The notes under the pieces are model-generated. The model made no database searches and was not told where the DNA came from. It saw nothing but the letters and a program-made list of their open reading frames with translations. The position numbers and the translations under genes were made by a program. Source: Eledone cirrhosa (Eukaryota). From it: DNA of 64,000 nucleotides. Location: NCBI GenBank assembly GCA_964016885.1, contig OZ024742.1:328662001-328726000 (forward strand), given 5' to 3'. Positions 1 to 13,899 of this stretch are shown in pieces. How positions within the stretch are numbered: position 1 is the first letter of the stretch; every line of letters starts with the position of its first letter.

Positions 1-173
1 CCACAATCTTAACAAACACACAGATACAGAAAACAAGTAATGACAGTAGCACAGAAACCACAGAAATAAAGGAAAGTAATAGGATTAAAAGGAGAAGGGA
101 GACTAAGGACAAAGCTAATAACCAAGACGAACACACAGACACAAAAAATAGGGTAGATAACAACAATGAGGCA

Positions 174-2680
174 GTGGAAAGAGACAGGAGTAATTATGAG
201 AGACATAGAAACAACCATGAGGCGGTTGGTGGAAATAGAAATAGAAACAACACAACTAACAATAACAATAGCACTAGTACACATAAAGCAGCAGCCTGGA
301 ACTCTACGTTTTATAATCCCTCCGATAAATCATTCGACCTGCGACGAGTCCACACCACGACTTTACCATTTAACAAACGCACGCAATTGCCGTCGCAGGT
401 CAATGAACAAACAGAAGCACAATTTAGTATAACTAGATCCGAAATTAGAAATATTATAGAACATTATAGCAAGAAGCATAATAGAATGGAGGCCCAGCAA
501 CTGGGAGAAAAATCTGCAAATGGCTTGCGTAAGCTCATGCAGCGCTCACGTAATGAAGAGATAGCATGCTTTCCAACAGACAAGTCTGGCAGAATGTCGG
601 TTGACAGCCTACCAAACTACATCCAGGCAATGCAACCCCACATCACTAACACAAGAGAGGTAACACCACAGGAGCATGAGGATAGAGAAAAAGCCGTCAA
701 TGCCCATATGGTGATGTGGACGAATATAATGCAGCCCAACAAAAGGACTGCCAACAACTTCCAGGCCTGGAACAATGACGTGCCGGCGTTGTATGGGCTT
801 CGAAAAGACCATAAAACGGGCTGTGACCCTGTCACGGGACCACCAACACGGCCAGTCTGTGGGGCTAACATGCTAGTAACTACAGACTGTCCAACTTCCT
901 CTTCCTGATCATACGCCCCATCATTGAAATGTCCCCAGATGTATGTGACAGCACGGAGGACCTCCTCAGCAGAATCGGCGTGAGTAACCGATATGGGGAC
1001 CTAACAAACTGCATAATAGGTAGTATGGATGTTGTGTCCCTGTATCCATCTATTGACGTGGATTTTGTTGTGGAGAAATGCGTAGAAATGATCAGTGAGA
1101 GCAAGGTTGAGTTCCGTGGGATTGATACCAGTGAGCTGGGACACCTACTTAAGCTTACCTATAGTAATAATTACCTAGACACATATGACCTTAGCAACCT
1201 GTGCCCTACAAGACCAGCAAGAGGCAGACCACCTACCATTACCTCAATGGCCAAGAAAACCCACACAGATAGATGGAACGGGTGGACCAGAGCCATACGG
1301 ACACCCGAAAACCACGATGAACTGAAGAAAATGATTGCACATGCGGTAGGAGCCAGCATAAAACTGACCCTTAAGGAACATATGTTCAAATTTAATGGTA
1401 AAACATATGCCCAAGAGGAAGGAGCAGCCATTGGTGTTAGCATTGCAGGCGACATAGCTAACTTATTCATGGTATGGTGGGACAGTAGACTTAAACTTAA
1501 ACTTAAAGAACAATTAGAAGACCCCTTAACCCTGATAATGTACTCCCGCTACGTAGATGATATAAACATCGTAGTTAAGATACCCCCACTAAAGAACAGC
1601 CATGAACTAGAGAAAAATACAATGGAAAGCATCCAGCAAATAGCAAACTCCATCCACCAGAGCATTAGAGTTACTATAGACTACCCAAGTAAACACCCCA
1701 ACCATCGATTACCTGTACTAGACACAGAGCTCTGGTTAGATACCATTAACAACCAAAAACAAATCCTCCATTCCCATTATGCCAAACCCATGGCTTCCAA
1801 ACATCTGATCCACCCAAACTCGGCCATTTCGGACCATACCAAAATCAACATACTGATTGCGGATTTGGTACGGGTGATGAGAAATGTGTCCCGCAAGTGC
1901 AACCCCGAAGAACTAGAGAGACACATACAAAACTTCATCCACCGTATGCAGTTCTCTGGCTACAATCAGAGAGATAAAATCAGAGTGTATAGAAGGGCCA
2001 GAACCAAATGGGAAAACATGGTAAATAATGACATAAACGGGACCTGCCCCTTGTATAGGAGCAAATTTTGGAATAGAATAGAAAGAACTAGGAACAAGGC
2101 TAATAGAATAAACTCATGGTTTGATAGCAATAAATACCAGAGTGTAATGTTCATCGATACAACCCCTAGAGGTGAATTAGCTTACAAATTTAGAAGGGCC
2201 CTAAATAAACATAAACTCAATATTAAGATAGTAGAAAGACCAGGTACCTTCGTAAAAACACTTATTAGCAAGACATACCCTTTTCAAAGACCCTCATGTA
2301 TAGATAAGAAATGTATAACCTGTAAAATAAGCCCCCATATTAGCTGTAAAACTAGAAATGTAGTGTATAGCATAAGATGTACTGAAGGACAATGTAGAGA
2401 CAAAAATATAGTGTACATAGTTGAGACAGCTCGTAGTGTAGGGGAACGGATAAATGAACACTGGCGAGACCTTCAAGATAATAAAGAATCATCTGTACTC
2501 TACCAACATGCTAAAATAGAACACAAGGGTAAATTAGAGAACATAGAATTAAAAATAGAATCTACACACAGAAAAGACGCAAGGTTTAGACAAATTACAG
2601 AGGCAATAAACATAAAAGAATTACAACCAAAATTGAATAGAAAATATGAGTGGAACAGCAACATCACAACTTACAATTAA
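174..2680 (+). pseudogene. PLE reverse transcriptase-GIY-YIG endonuclease ORF, one frameshift near 870
   Basis: PTDKSG; LYGLRKDHK..GPPTRPVCGA; SMDVVSLYPSI; QEEGAAIG; YSRYVDD; LPVLD; CxxxxCxxC linker; VVYSIRC..YIVETARSVGERINEH..LYQH..RQITEA..LN. ORFs 174-908 and 929-2680 join through a 1-nt frameshift. YIG reads YIV in this copy. Confidence 0.92.
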
Positions 2681-2880
2681 GGACAAAATGAAAACACACA
2701 CACACATAGAACAAACAACCAACCAGTAACATGTAAATAAACAAATAAATAAATGAACATAAACACACACAGACACCCGGATGTGGCGCATGCGCAGACT
2801 GAGCACACAACACACACACAGAAACAAAATGGCGTAGGACAGAACAAAGGAGAGGCACAGAAACAAAGAAAGGAATCCCC

Positions 2881-2925
2881 AGTCACTGAAGAGGTAACAG
2901 AATGTGTGACGAAAGAACTATGACT
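2881..2925 (+). ncRNA. Minimal type-I hammerhead ribozyme motif (family B)
   Basis: AGTCA-CTGAAGA-G-GTAACA/TGTGAC-GAAA-GAAC-TA-TGACT; helix I AGTCA/TGACT is perfect. Confidence 0.75.
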
Positions 2926-3058
2926 ATATATAAACAACTATCTGGTTGTGGAACCAACCAACCAACAAGAAATTTATAAATTTATAAATTTATTATAAAT
3001 TGAAGTGAAACTAGGGGTGCGTGTGTTTCTTATTGGCAACATGACCCTCCCAAAGTAT

Positions 3059-3139
<81 letters not shown>

Positions 3140-3604
3140 TGTATATAAATATATACACACATATATACATACGTTTTGATGTTTTGTGCATCTATAGCAG
3201 TGCTATCATATGCCACACACTATAGTACTTAATGGTAACTGAAATAAATTTCAGAAACAGTGTATACTTATAACAGATTTAGTAGTTATGTGGAATTAAT
3301 AGAATAAATGGATTAGGGTTATCAACCAATTCATAAATAAATTAATTGAAAAATATCACAATATTAATATATACCCAAACCTATTTCTTATGTGAATAAG
3401 TGCATGTTGCAACAGTCAGCTGTAGAATAACTCGTAATTGGCAAGGGAACTTCAGTGAGTTTGTCCGGTAAGTAACACCGGGAAATCGAATCGTTTTTGC
3501 CGGCACCGCTCATGCTTGTATTGGTTAGCTCTATTTCCTTGAGTCTGCTCATCAACACCCACATATATAGGTATATATACTTGCATATAAATACATGTAT
3601 TTAT

Positions 3605-3676
<72 letters not shown>

Positions 3677-3808
3677 CTGAAGTTGGAAATAGCACGGAAA
3701 ATATATTTTAGGGTCTGATTTTCCTTTTTCCCCTTTCGTCAAAGTTTTATAAAGTATAGAATGTATTACCGGTTTCGATATATTATTAAAATTCATCTAA
3801 AATTCATA

Positions 3809-3993
3809 GGGCGGTGGATTGGCAGTATCGGTAGAGGGTCGGACGCCATGCTTTCCAGCATAGTTACGTCCCTTTACGATCTGAGTTCAAATCCCGCCGA
3901 GGTTAATTTAGCCTTTCATCCTTACGGGGTCGATAAAATAAAGTACCAGTAATGCACTGGGTAATTGCTGGCCTTGTGCCAAAAGTAGAAACA
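3809..3993 (+). mobile_element. tRNA-derived SINE (central domain resembles MetaSINE)
   Basis: A-box TGGCAGTATCGG, B-box GAGTTCAAATCC, core GCCTTTCATCCTTACGGGGTCGATAAAATAAAGTACCAG; flanking repeat ATTATTAAAATTCATCT; more than 12 copies in the window. Confidence 0.85.
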
Positions 3994-4151
3994 ATTATTA
4001 AAATTCATCTTAACAAATGTTGAGTATTACAATTAAAAAGAATTAATAAGAATTAAAAACTAATAATTAAAGATTTAAAATTAAGAGGTAAGTTTTTTTC
4101 ATCTTCCTTGTTGAGAAGGAGACTGGAGAATCGACTATATATATATATATA

Positions 4152-6648
4152 CAGTGGGTCCCCGATATACGGTAGTTCTTTATCCGGTAAATTCACAGAT
4201 ACGGTTTTGGGTAATTACTACCATCAATTCTATTTACGGTAAAAAAAATTCACAGATACGATTTTTGGTGGTGTTTTGTTTATATTGTACCATAGCGCCC
4301 CCTGTAGTAAACAATAAATCCCCCCTTGAATTCGTGGAAACTGACTGCAATTCGAATTCTAGGAAAATTGTGTTACGACAGCTATCGTACTAACCGACCT
4401 TACAGAGAAACTGGTCAATCACGACCGAGTTCAGATATCGGTCGATGACGTCATAACTTTTAACTGATCACTTCAGTTCGGCAAACTAGCGTATCCTCTC
4501 AGTGGGAGAATTTTTGCCGAACTGAAATGATCAGTTAAGAGTTATGACGTCATTCAAAGTAAGAGAAAATTCGACGGCGTGTTTTTGGAGCATAATTATC
4601 ATGGCATATCTTATAACCCCATATCTCTTGGCCCCAAAACGTTCTGCGAATATTGCTGATGCAGATGGAAACCCCAAACGCATTAGGAAGAGCCTGACTT
4701 TGGAGATAAAGCTGGACATTTTGAAAAGGAAGGAACAGGGGCAAGGTACGTCCGCCAGAAGTCGTAACTTAGGCCTAGCCCAGTCTACAGTCAGGACTGT
4801 TTTAAAAAATAGTGAGGCTGTCAAAAAAGCTGGGGAGAATGCTACGAATCTACAGAGTAAATTGTTGAACAAACATCGTGAGCCGATTATGGATAGGATG
4901 GAAAGGTTGCTCAAAATTTGGATAGACGACCAAAATCGTCAAATATGCCTCTGTCTTTAAATGTAACCAGTGAGAAAGCGTTGTCCATTATTGACAGGCT
5001 CAAGACTGAAATGGGGTGGAGGACTTTGTATTCAAGGCAAGCGAAGGCTGGTTTGATAAGTTCAAACGACGTTCGAGTCTTCACAACATAAAAGTTACAG
5101 GTGAGACTGCCAGTTCCGACAAAGAGAGTGCTGACAAATTCAAAGCAGAGTTAGAGAAATGTATTGCAGAGAAGGTGTACAGCCAAAAACAGGTTAATAA
5201 TTATGATGAAACAGGACTTTATTTGAAAAAGATGACCAGTAATACTTATATTGACAAGGAGGAGAAAAGTCTGAAGGGGTTCAAAGCCTCAAAGGACCGC
5301 GTTACTCTGCTACTTGGAGGGAATGCAGAAGGAGATTTAAAGCTAAAGCCACTCATTATCTTCCATTCTGAAACTCCAAGAGCACTCAAGGGGTTACTTA
5401 AGCAATACCTACCAGTGATATGGAAGTCTAATAAGAAGGCATGGCTGATCACTTCAATTCACCAGGATTTGTTCACCTCATATCTGTCACCAACCCTTAA
5501 AGAATATGCATTAGCTAACAGCATTGCCAACCGTTTTCTGCTATTAGTGGACAACCCTCCCAGCCACCAAGAGCAATGGAAAACTGGTCAGAAATTATTG
5601 AGGTTTTGTTTCTCCACCCAAACACCACAGCTCTCCTTCAGCCGATGGATAAAACAGTCATCAACACATTTAAGGCATACTACCAGCGGAGAACCATGCA
5701 TCAGCTGATAAAGGACACAGATGGGCCTAACAAGACTACGATCAGGGAATGGTGGAAATTGTACAACATCAAGCACGGCTTAGATAACATCAAGGCATCT
5801 TGGGAAGAAGTGAAACAGTCTACCATGAACTTGGCCTGGAAGAAATTATGGCCAGCATGTGTAAATGACTTCCAAGGCTTTGCTGAAGATATTGGTGCGA
5901 TAAAAAAAATATATTGTAAATCTCTGCCATACAGCTGGCTTCGATGGTATTAATGATGATGATGTGAAAGACCTTTTGGAAAGCAACGCTGAACCACTCT
6001 CCAATGATGAACTCATAGAACTAGACAAAGCGATACAGGAGACAGAAAAAGAAGAAGAACCTGTGCGTGGCTTGGACATAAAAAACTCTAAGAGAATGTC
6101 TCGGGAGTAACGAAACAATCTTAGAAACCCTGAAGGAGCGTGACCCCAAACCTGCTAGGAGCAGCAAAGAGGCTCAAGACGTCGAGAAAAGCATCAAGAT
6201 TTACCAAGAAATGTATGAAGCCAAAAGAAACAAAGCCAAACAGTCCTCCATCTACTCTTTCTTCAAGCCAGTCACACCTGCCAAACCGTGCTACAGCTGG
6301 CCCTTCAACATCCAATGCAGTCAACAAGTTTGTTGGTTTTGAGCCTCCCACAGCACCTCATCTTCCCCTGCCAACTCAGCCCAAGATGAGTGAGGGCTGA
6401 AACCCATACTATCCCTTAGCCTCGGGAGGGACAAATGAAGTGGCACATCATCTGATGGACTACGCGCCATGTGCAAGGTACAGTAAATAAAAAAAATCAA
6501 CATTATTTCTTTTCTGTAAGGATGACTTTTTCGATGTGCTGGAACGCATCCCTATCTATTTCATGTTATAATGGGTTCTTTATACATCAATTCGATATAC
6601 GGTAAGGGTTTCAGGAACGCATATATACCGTATATCGAGGACTCACTG
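4152..6648 (+). mobile_element. Tigger/pogo-type DNA transposon, full length
   Basis: 23-bp TIRs CAGTGGGTCCCCGATATACGGTA / TACCGTATATCGAGGACTCACTG (2 mismatches), TA flanks, transposase remnants inside. Confidence 0.93.
4601..6400 (+). pseudogene. pogo/Tigger (CENP-B-like HTH plus DDE_1) transposase, several frameshifts
   Basis: RKSLTLEIKLDILKR HTH; FKASEGWFDKFKRR; NYDETGL; KDRVTLLLGGNAEGD; LLLVDN; FLHPNTTALLQPMD; split over at least 4 frames. Confidence 0.9.
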
Positions 6649-6665
6649 TATATATAAATATATGT

Positions 6666-6759
<94 letters not shown>

Positions 6760-7123
6760 GTAGTTACAGAGTAACAAGAAGGAAAGACCACTCACTATGT
6801 AGCAATATAAATATCATAAGAACACCATCATAGCTCTGTCTTTCACAAAGAAAACTCCTTCTCGAAAAATTTATGTTTTCATTTAATGTGGCTGAAGATA
6901 CAAGAATTATGTATATCTGAGTGTTAATGTGGTTTATTCGTTTTTTCTTTATGCGAAGTTCTTTGTATACAGATTTACTCCTCTATACTTAAGGCGTTAC
7001 AATGGAATCGTGTTACTTATAATATTCACCATATTTCATTTGTTAAGCTCGTATAAGACATATATATATATATATATATATATACATACATAAATACACA
7101 CACACACACATATATATATACTG

Positions 7124-7216
<93 letters not shown>

Positions 7217-7534
7217 ATATATATATATATATACGGAGTAAGACAATATCAGAGTTGTTTTTGCTTCAGTATAGATTTTTCACATCATCAAACTTTAATT
7301 TATTTGTTATATTGCTGTATTGAAAGAGCTGAAAAATATTTGCAGAGAATTTCCCTGAAGAAGAATGTCTTTGTAATAAATTAACTTACCAATTTATTTG
7401 TCAGAGTAATTTCCTTACACATCTGAGTATATACCTCTATGTGAAACGATAAAAAGTTTGTAAATTTCTTGGTCAGTTTGATGTTGAACAATTATTCTCA
7501 ATGTGGGTTAATTGCTAATAGAATAACATTAATA

Positions 7535-7706
7535 GGTGAATTGGCAGTATGGGTAGAGGGTTGGATGCCATGATTTCTAGCATAGTTACGTCCCTATACA
7601 GTCTGAGTTCATATCCCGCAGAGGTTAACTTTGCCTTTCATCCTTACGGGGTCGATAAAATAAAGTACCAGTAATTGCTGGGCTTGTGCCTAAAGTAGAA
7701 ACAATT
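7535..7706 (+). mobile_element. tRNA-derived SINE
   Basis: Close match to the 3809-3993 copy. Confidence 0.85.
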
Positions 7707-7982
7707 AATTATCAGGATCGAGGCACCGTGAGGTATGTGGAAACTTGAAGTGGCCCCAAATATTCCGAATGGCTGCAAAGGAAGTGGTTCTCCTCCTTAT
7801 TTTAGTTTGTATATATATTTTATGTAAATATATATGTATATATGTATATATGTATATATATACACACACATATATATATATATATACACACACACACATA
7901 TATATATATATATATGTGTGTGTATGTATGTATGTATATATATATATATATATATACATATAATATTAATACGTATATATGA

Positions 7983-8016
<34 letters not shown>

Positions 8017-8204
8017 ATATTTGTGGAGGGTCATATTTGTGTAATAATATTGCCAGACTTAATAACAGAACACACTCACACTTTGGTTGGTTTTCGCTTC
8101 TGTGTCTTTTATATCGGTTAATTTAATTTATTCGGTCCTCAATGTTACCATTGACTGACCAACGGTCAAACATACAGATACAATATAAACACAAACACAT
8201 ATAT

Positions 8205-8258
8205 ATAGTCTAACAAAGTTCTTTCGTTGCACATCTGCAACATCGTCAGTGGTACTAT
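8205..8258 (-). ncRNA. Hammerhead ribozyme motif (family B)
   Basis: Minus strand: CA-CTGACGA-T-GTTGCA-GATG-TGCAAC-GAAA-GAAC-TT-TG..GACTAT. Confidence 0.7.
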
Positions 8259-9648
8259 TATGTTTCCTCCCGCTGTATTGTATGCTTACGCCATCTTTAT
8301 TTAGTCTGTTTATTTATTTGTTTTTTTGTGTCTTCTCCGCGCATGCGTTTGCGTGTGTGTATAGTGTTTTGTTTGATGTTTGATGTGTGTTCGTGTTTGG
8401 GTGACTGTGTATTGGTTATTGTATTCTATCTTAGTTTACTAGTGTGTGTTTATATGTGTTTGTTGTTATTGTGCTTGTGTATACTTTTATTTATTTATTT
8501 ATTTATTTATTTATACTTCTCTTAGGTCAGTGTTGTTTGTTTGGGTGTTGTTATTCCATTCATTTTTTCTGTTTAGCCTTGGCCTTCTAAATTCTATTTC
8601 GCTGGCCTCTCTGATTTGCCTACCTGCTGGGTCATTTCTATGTTTAGATATTATTGTAATTTCTATGTTGTCTATGTTACCGTCGTGTTGTTGTCTGGCA
8701 TGTTCGTATAATACTGAACCGTGTTTTCGTCATTTTAGTTCCCCCCAGTGTTGGTCTATCCTTTCACCTATGCTACGAGCTGTCTCACTTATGTATGTTG
8801 TTGTCATGTTTCTGCAAGTACCCTCTGTACATCTTATGCTATAGACTACGTTTCTAGTTTTACAATTTATCCGGGTGTTTACTTTACATATGATACATTT
8901 CCTATTAGTACAGTGGGTTTTCTTAAAAGGGTAGGTTTTGATGATCAGGGATTTTATGGTCGTTCCTGGCTTTTCTACCACCTTAATATTTAAGTGGTTC
9001 TTTCTCAGGGCCTTTCTACACTGGTTAGCTAATTTACCTCCAAGGGTAGCGTCCACAAACATGACACTCTGGTATCTCTGGTTGTCGTACCATGAGGTGG
9101 CTTTCCCTATCTTATATCAAGCCCTATCTAAGCTATTCCATGATTTTCTCCTGTATAATGGGCAAATTCATTTCATGTCCAGTTCTATGAGGGTCTTATA
9201 CTTCTCCGTGGCTCCTTCGTATACTCTGACTCTGTCCCTTTGGTTGTAGCCAGAGAACTGCATGCGGTTGATGAAGTGTTGGATGTGTTTTTTTCCATTT
9301 CTGTTGGGTCGCACATGCGGGACATGTTCTTCATCAGTCGTACCAAGTCTGCGATCAGAATATTAAACTCAGCACTACTGGATATTGCTGAGTTTTTGAG
9401 TATCAGGTATTTGGACGCCATGAGTTTAGCATAGGGTGAGTGGAGAATTTGGGCTCTCTCGTCTATACTGTTAATCCAGAGTTCCGTGTCTAATACAGGT
9501 AGTCTATTGTTAGGGTGTTTGGAAGGGTAGTCGATAGTTACAGTTATACTCTGGTGTATGGAATTAGTTATCTGCTGGATGCGTTCCATTGTGCTACGTT
9601 CTAAATCAAATTTGTTAGTGCTCTCTTGTGGGGATGTCCTTATTACTA

Positions 9649-9819
9649 CTTTAGGCACAAGGCCAGCAATTACCCAGTGCATTACTGGTACTTTATTTTA
9701 TCGACCCCGTAAGGATGAAAGGCAAAGTCAACCTCGGCGGGATTTGAACTCAGATCGTAAAGGGACGTATCTATGCTTGAAAGCATGGCGTCCGACCCTC
9801 TAACGTTACTACCAATCCA
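9649..9819 (-). mobile_element. SINE inserted in PLE RT just after the YVDD motif
   Basis: SINE core in reverse orientation; TSD CTTATTACTA at 9639 and 9820. Confidence 0.88.
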
Positions 9820-10611
9820 CTTATTACTATATTGATGTCGTCTACGTAACGAGAGTACATGATGAGGTCTATGGAGCTCTCATCAAGGAGATCTCTGAGT
9901 CTCCTTTCCCACCAAACCATAAATAGGTTGGCAACGTCACCAGCTATGCTTACGCCAATGCTGCTGCCTCATTTTGGGTGTAGATCTTCTCGTTGAATTT
10001 GAATATGTGGCCCTTTAGAGTAGTTTTGATTCTAGCCCCTATTGCATGTGCGACCATTTTTCTTAACCGATCATTGATTTTCTTGGGGGCGGGGGCGTCC
10101 GTATAGCTTTGGTCCACCCAATCCACCTTCCCATGGGAGTCGTTTTTGCCATTGAGGTTATGGTGGGGGTTCTACCTCTTATGGGTCTACTGGGGCAGAA
10201 ACGTCTAAGGTCATGGCTGTGTAGGTAGTCAGTGTCATAGGTAAGTCTAAGTAGAAGGCCCAGTTCATCTGTGTCGACGTCGCAGAACTCCACTTCACTC
10301 TCAATGATCATCTCCACACATTTTTCCACAGCAAAATCAATATTACTGGATGAGTACAGTGATACCACATCCATACAGCCTATTATGCAGTTGGATATGT
10401 TCCTGTATTTGTTGCACTCACTGAGTGTCAATGGTAACATTGAGGACCGAATAAATTAAATTAACGGATATAAAAGACACAGAAACGAAAACCAACCAAA
10501 CAGTGAGTGTGTTCTGTTATTAATTCTGGCAATATTATTACACAAATATGACCCAACCCAAGTATAACAATATTTGTTTCGACAGATGATTTCATATCAA
10601 AAACCTCGCAA

Positions 10612-10670
<59 letters not shown>

Positions 10671-11515
10671 TATATACACACATCCACACACGTAAACACA
10701 CACCACACACAAACACCCACATACCCCCACACACGCACGTATGTATATACATTCCCCAAAACACTTATATATTTTTATTTATATAATTAAGTATAAACAT
10801 TATCTTAATGTCAGTGTTCTTGTAGGTACAGAAATAAATATGATTCAGCATACATTCTAATCTAACGAAAGATAAATTAATATGAATTGTAGAAGAAAAA
10901 CTAACGCCTACATAAATGGAACAATACAATGTTGTACAATGTTTATGATAAGTTTGAGTATTCAACAGATTTTAAACTCTAATATACATCGCAAAATTGT
11001 AGGAATCTCAAACGTTTGAGAGTCCTAAACTTTCATTAAATATGTACACAGTCAACTCTCCAAATTATTTAATATCATGTTTAATATATGTATGTATGTG
11101 TATATACAACTTATATCACTGATGGCCCTTCCCCGTAATTAAACACTCAAAGAATCAAAAACATTCTTGAAGATTAAAACCAAATGATATACTCTTGTTT
11201 AGACAGCCTATCTGTTACTAAAGTACGGGCTAGATTACGTCTGTTTGTTCTCACATCATACCTATTTCCACTTAGACGAGCCTCTTATCCGCTGCTTATT
11301 TCCTCTTAAACCTACCACCCTACGGCACCAACGACTGTTATGAGGAAAACTGTGGTTATCAACTGATGAGGGCATATTGCGTAGTTTCTGAATAACAAAA
11401 ATCATTATCTGCAACGATATCCATTGGTTCATTGGATGTGCTCAACCCTTTCCGAAGCAACTGATGTACAGTCCCCAGCACCAACAAAAAAAGCACACAG
11501 AACTATAGGGATAAA

Positions 11516-11578
<63 letters not shown>

Positions 11579-12744
11579 CATGTATGTATGTTCGCATGTA
11601 TGTATGTTCGCATGTATGCATCTATGTATGTAAAAAGTATAAAGAAATAACAAAGCAAGCGATACCTTACATGGAAGAAATATTTTATTTTAACGCTTTA
11701 AATAGCAGGAAGAAATTGTGAACGTTTCAGGGACTAGTACGTCATCAAAAGAAAGAGTTAGAAAAATAACAGATAAATAGAAAGAAAAGAGTGAGAAGAG
11801 GAAAGAACGGGGAAAAAGACGTGTGCTTTCTCCCGTGGTTTGTTTTTCTTTGTCTCCTAAATTCACGTTCGTTTCTTTCCTAATCTATATATGAAATAGT
11901 TTTTTAAATTGACAGTAAAAAAAAGATTAGTGAGTGTCTCATCAGCCATATTTGATCGTTATCTGCTACTGTCACATAGAAAAATAATACAAATATAGAA
12001 AGAATTTATAAATTAAAGATATATCATTTAACAAAATACACATACTAAATAAAATATGTAAAAATTTCTTTAGGTTATCACATTATATTATTCTATTTAT
12101 GATTTTAGTAGTGTACCTCCTTATATAAGCGATCATATCGGTCCCAGTATGTGTTTTTCAAGTCCGCTGCTTATGTATATTATCAATTCACTATATTGTG
12201 TAAGAAACCTTATTTCTGGTTGCTCCAGTTAATTCAGAGAAGGAAAACATGACTACCAGCAACAGCTTGTGGTTAACTTTCTTGTACGCTTAGTCATTTT
12301 ACTTCAGTGAAACATGGATTAATGCAGGCATGACGACTCATTAGGCGTAAGACAGTTTTAGGATATTTTTCCTTTATTAGAGCCAACCAATCACAGTATG
12401 ATATCAATTTAGTATGTCAACCAATTACGACCAAATAGCTTCATCTTATTCCAATTGAAGTTGTTGATAATTTTCTCCATTATTATCAAGTCACCATTTC
12501 GTGTTTATTCTTCTATTCTTCTCATGGTTTCGGTCATTAGATTGCGGTCATGCTGGGGCACCATCTTGATTTAATCAATCATATTAACTCCAGTACGTAT
12601 TATTTGCATGTCTCCTTATTCGTTATATCGATCTCATTTCTTTTGTTGAACTGATAAAGTAGATAGAACATGGAAACATGCATAAACGTAAACCCATGAA
12701 CTTATTTACACATGAACATACTTACACATGTATATACACAGACA

Positions 12745-12807
<63 letters not shown>

Positions 12808-12811
<4 letters not shown>

Positions 12812-13800
12812 GGAAAGAATGAAACGAAATTTCATATATATATATATATATATATAAATGGAAAGAATGAAACGGAATTTCATTTATCACTCTTAGTACG
12901 GCTGTTACTTAAATATAAGTGTGTATACGTACATATATATACAGACGTACAGTAATATGTATATATATACATACATGCACACATATATATATATATGTAC
13001 CTATGGATTTACCGAACATTTATTATAATGCTCGGTTTGTTTGTAAACAAACATCCCAAATTAAGCCGAACAGTGTTTAGCAACCATCGTTGCCCTTTTG
13101 TTCAACACTGACAAAGGAACGATGTACTAGTTTCAAGCTTATTAGATATCGTCAGCATCGTATACCTTCCTGCCATATGATTGAACGTCTCAAAGTATAT
13201 ACTTTCCTTATGCATATTAACGGCGGAGCAGCCTAATTTACATATCGAGTGAGTTAATCGGCCGGGCGCACCGAACACGATAAATGGAAAAAATGAAACG
13301 AAATTTCATTTCTCACTCTTAGTACGGCTGTTACTTAAATATAAGTATGTATACGTACATACATATATGTATACATACTAAGAGTGAGAAATGAAATTTC
13401 ATGTCATTTTTTCCATTCATCGTTTTCGGTGCGCCCGGCCGATTAACTCACTCGATATGCAAATTAGGCTGCTCAGCCGTTAATATGCATAAGGAAAGTA
13501 TATACTTTCAGACGTTCAATCATCTGGCAGGAAGGTATACGGTGCTGACGATAACTAATAAGCTTCAAACTAGTACATCGTTCCTTTGTCAGTGTTGAAC
13601 AAAAGGGCAACGATGGTTGCTAAACACTGTACGGCTTAATTCGGGATGCTTGTTTACAAACACACCGAGGATTATAATAAATGTTCGGTAAATCCATACG
13701 TACATATATATATGAGTGCATGTATGTATATATATACATACTACTGTACGTCTGTATACATATATGTATGTACGTATACATACTTATATACATATATTAT
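12808..13800. mobile_element. Non-coding HHR element family A: ~1.2 units followed by an inverted copy
   Basis: Unit start AAATGGAAAGAATGAAACG recurs at 12856 and 13282 (period ~426); ~13376-13800 is an inverted copy; HHRs at 13119-13161 (-) and 13539-13581 (+, GAAA mutated to CAAA); (TA)n flanks. Confidence 0.85.
13119..13161 (-). ncRNA. Minimal hammerhead ribozyme (family A)
   Basis: ACGATG-CTGACGA-TATCT AATA AGCTT-GAAA-CTAG-TA-CATCGT. Confidence 0.75.
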
Positions 13801-13899
13801 ATATATACATATGGTAGACAGAAACCGCAGGCACGCGTCGTATACAAAAACCACCCCCTCTCTCTCTATATATATATTTATATATATATATATATATAT

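Larger units (their letters stand above)
1..3064 (+). mobile_element. Penelope-like retroelement (family B), near full length, 5' end outside window
   Basis: RT plus GIY-YIG ORF, CA-rich 3' region, HHR at 2881-2925, terminal motif ATGACCCTCCCAAAGTATAACAAT abutting (TA)n; the same terminus is seen at 8011, 10571, 26460, 48439 and 51135. Confidence 0.93.
8011..10571 (-). mobile_element. 5'-truncated PLE (family B) with inverted terminal copy
   Basis: Degenerate RT-GIY-YIG on the minus strand at ~8540-10425 ([43 protein letters not shown]). 10427-10571 is the reverse complement of 8011-8155. (TA)n lies at or near both ends. Confidence 0.9.

Noticed and set aside
3430-3800. Partial hammerhead-like strings (also ~7420-7450, ~11718-11750, ~16320-16360, ~39170-39200)
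   Set aside because: Too degenerate: helix I or II is missing, or there are multiple core changes. They may be old pLTR remnants but cannot be supported individually.
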